Below are positions 16,019 to 16,253 of a stretch of 16,253 bases of DNA, in pieces. Under the pieces are notes generated by a model. It saw only the letters and a program-made list of their open reading frames with translations. It was not told where the DNA came from and made no database searches. The stretch spans positions 3,959 through 20,211 of the forward strand of contig JAHDHF010000038.1 in NCBI GenBank assembly GCA_020631455.1, in the 5' to 3' direction. Origin of the DNA: Saprospiraceae bacterium (GTDB lineage Bacteria > Bacteroidota > Bacteroidia > Chitinophagales > Saprospiraceae). Every line of letters begins with the position of its first letter. Position 1 is the stretch's first letter. The position numbers and the translations under genes are program-made.

Positions 16019-16162
16019 TTAATGAATAATTTGAACTTTCGTTAACTCATGCCTACCATCTTCGTACAAACCTTTAAAGAGATAAATACCATCATTTAAT
16101 GATGATGCTGGTAAATTAAATTTATAATCTGTGTTACGAAACATTCTAATATATTGTTTCAT
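16019..16162 (-). pseudogene. Orphan remnant of a T9SS C-terminal sorting domain (C-terminal half only)
   Basis: The minus-strand translation is MKQYIRMFRNTDYKFNLPASSLNDGIYLFKGLYEDGRHELTKVQIIH*. It matches the distal half of Por/T9SS CTDs (NLP..L..GIY..K.......TKK.I). The frame closes at a stop near 16187, with no upstream domain, and it ends 11 nt before the downstream ATG at 16007. Confidence 0.45.
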
Positions 16163-16229
16163 CAATAATAAAATAAAACCACTACAATATCAAGTCATTT
16201 CTTACAATTGTCGCTATATAACATTTTTT

Positions 16230-16253
16230 GGCTGAGGGATAGTAGGCAGTGCT
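16230..16253 (+). repeat. Family-B intergenic repeat, copy B3 (5' part; truncated by the window end)
   Basis: GGCTGAGGGATAGtAGGCaGTGct matches the 5' core of B2 at 6711-6734. Confidence 0.6.

Noticed and set aside
1-16253. Possibility that the recurring repeats are a CRISPR array or integron attC sites
   Set aside because: Copies are 100-170 bp long and separated by 4-10 kb of ordinary genes, with no regular repeat-spacer periodicity. No cas or intI genes are present. There is no R''/L''-type attC core, which would read GTTRRRY.
1-16253. Search for tRNA, rRNA or tmRNA-like sequences, including within the GC-rich repeats
   Set aside because: No T-loop-like GGTTCGAATCC-type motif or cloverleaf-compatible arrangement was seen. 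The GC-rich segments are the repeats described above.

Overview
This window looks like a chromosomal segment from a Bacteroidota genome, judged from T9SS C-terminal sorting domains, a DUF1573 protein, a candidate TAnnTTTG-type promoter box, and an OmpA/TolB-like/TPR protein. Almost all genes are on the + strand. They are a secreted esterase with PKD and T9SS sorting domains, an NfeD-like/flotillin operon, a GNAT acetyltransferase, mltG, a DUF433/DUF5615 toxin-antitoxin pair, a DEAD-box helicase, cinA, a 2-oxoacid dehydrogenase E2 subunit, a TPR/beta-propeller/OmpA/SPOR envelope protein and a CvfB-like S1 protein. On the - strand are a DUF1573 protein and an AT-rich T9SS cargo gene of unknown function. 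The most unusual content is non-coding. Two families of GC-rich, hairpin-rich intergenic repeats occur three times each, all co-oriented, and each is built as a conserved 5' core, a copy-specific variable hairpin and a conserved 3' module. They sit in the 5' regions of + strand genes and create spurious ATG-initiated N-terminal extensions in ORF calls. Other notable points are an in-frame 120-bp tandem duplication inside the flotillin gene, an AT-rich toxin-antitoxin islet flanked by a family-B repeat, and an orphan T9SS C-terminal-domain remnant beside another partial repeat copy at the right edge. I see no CRISPR array, tRNA/rRNA gene, integrase or transposase.
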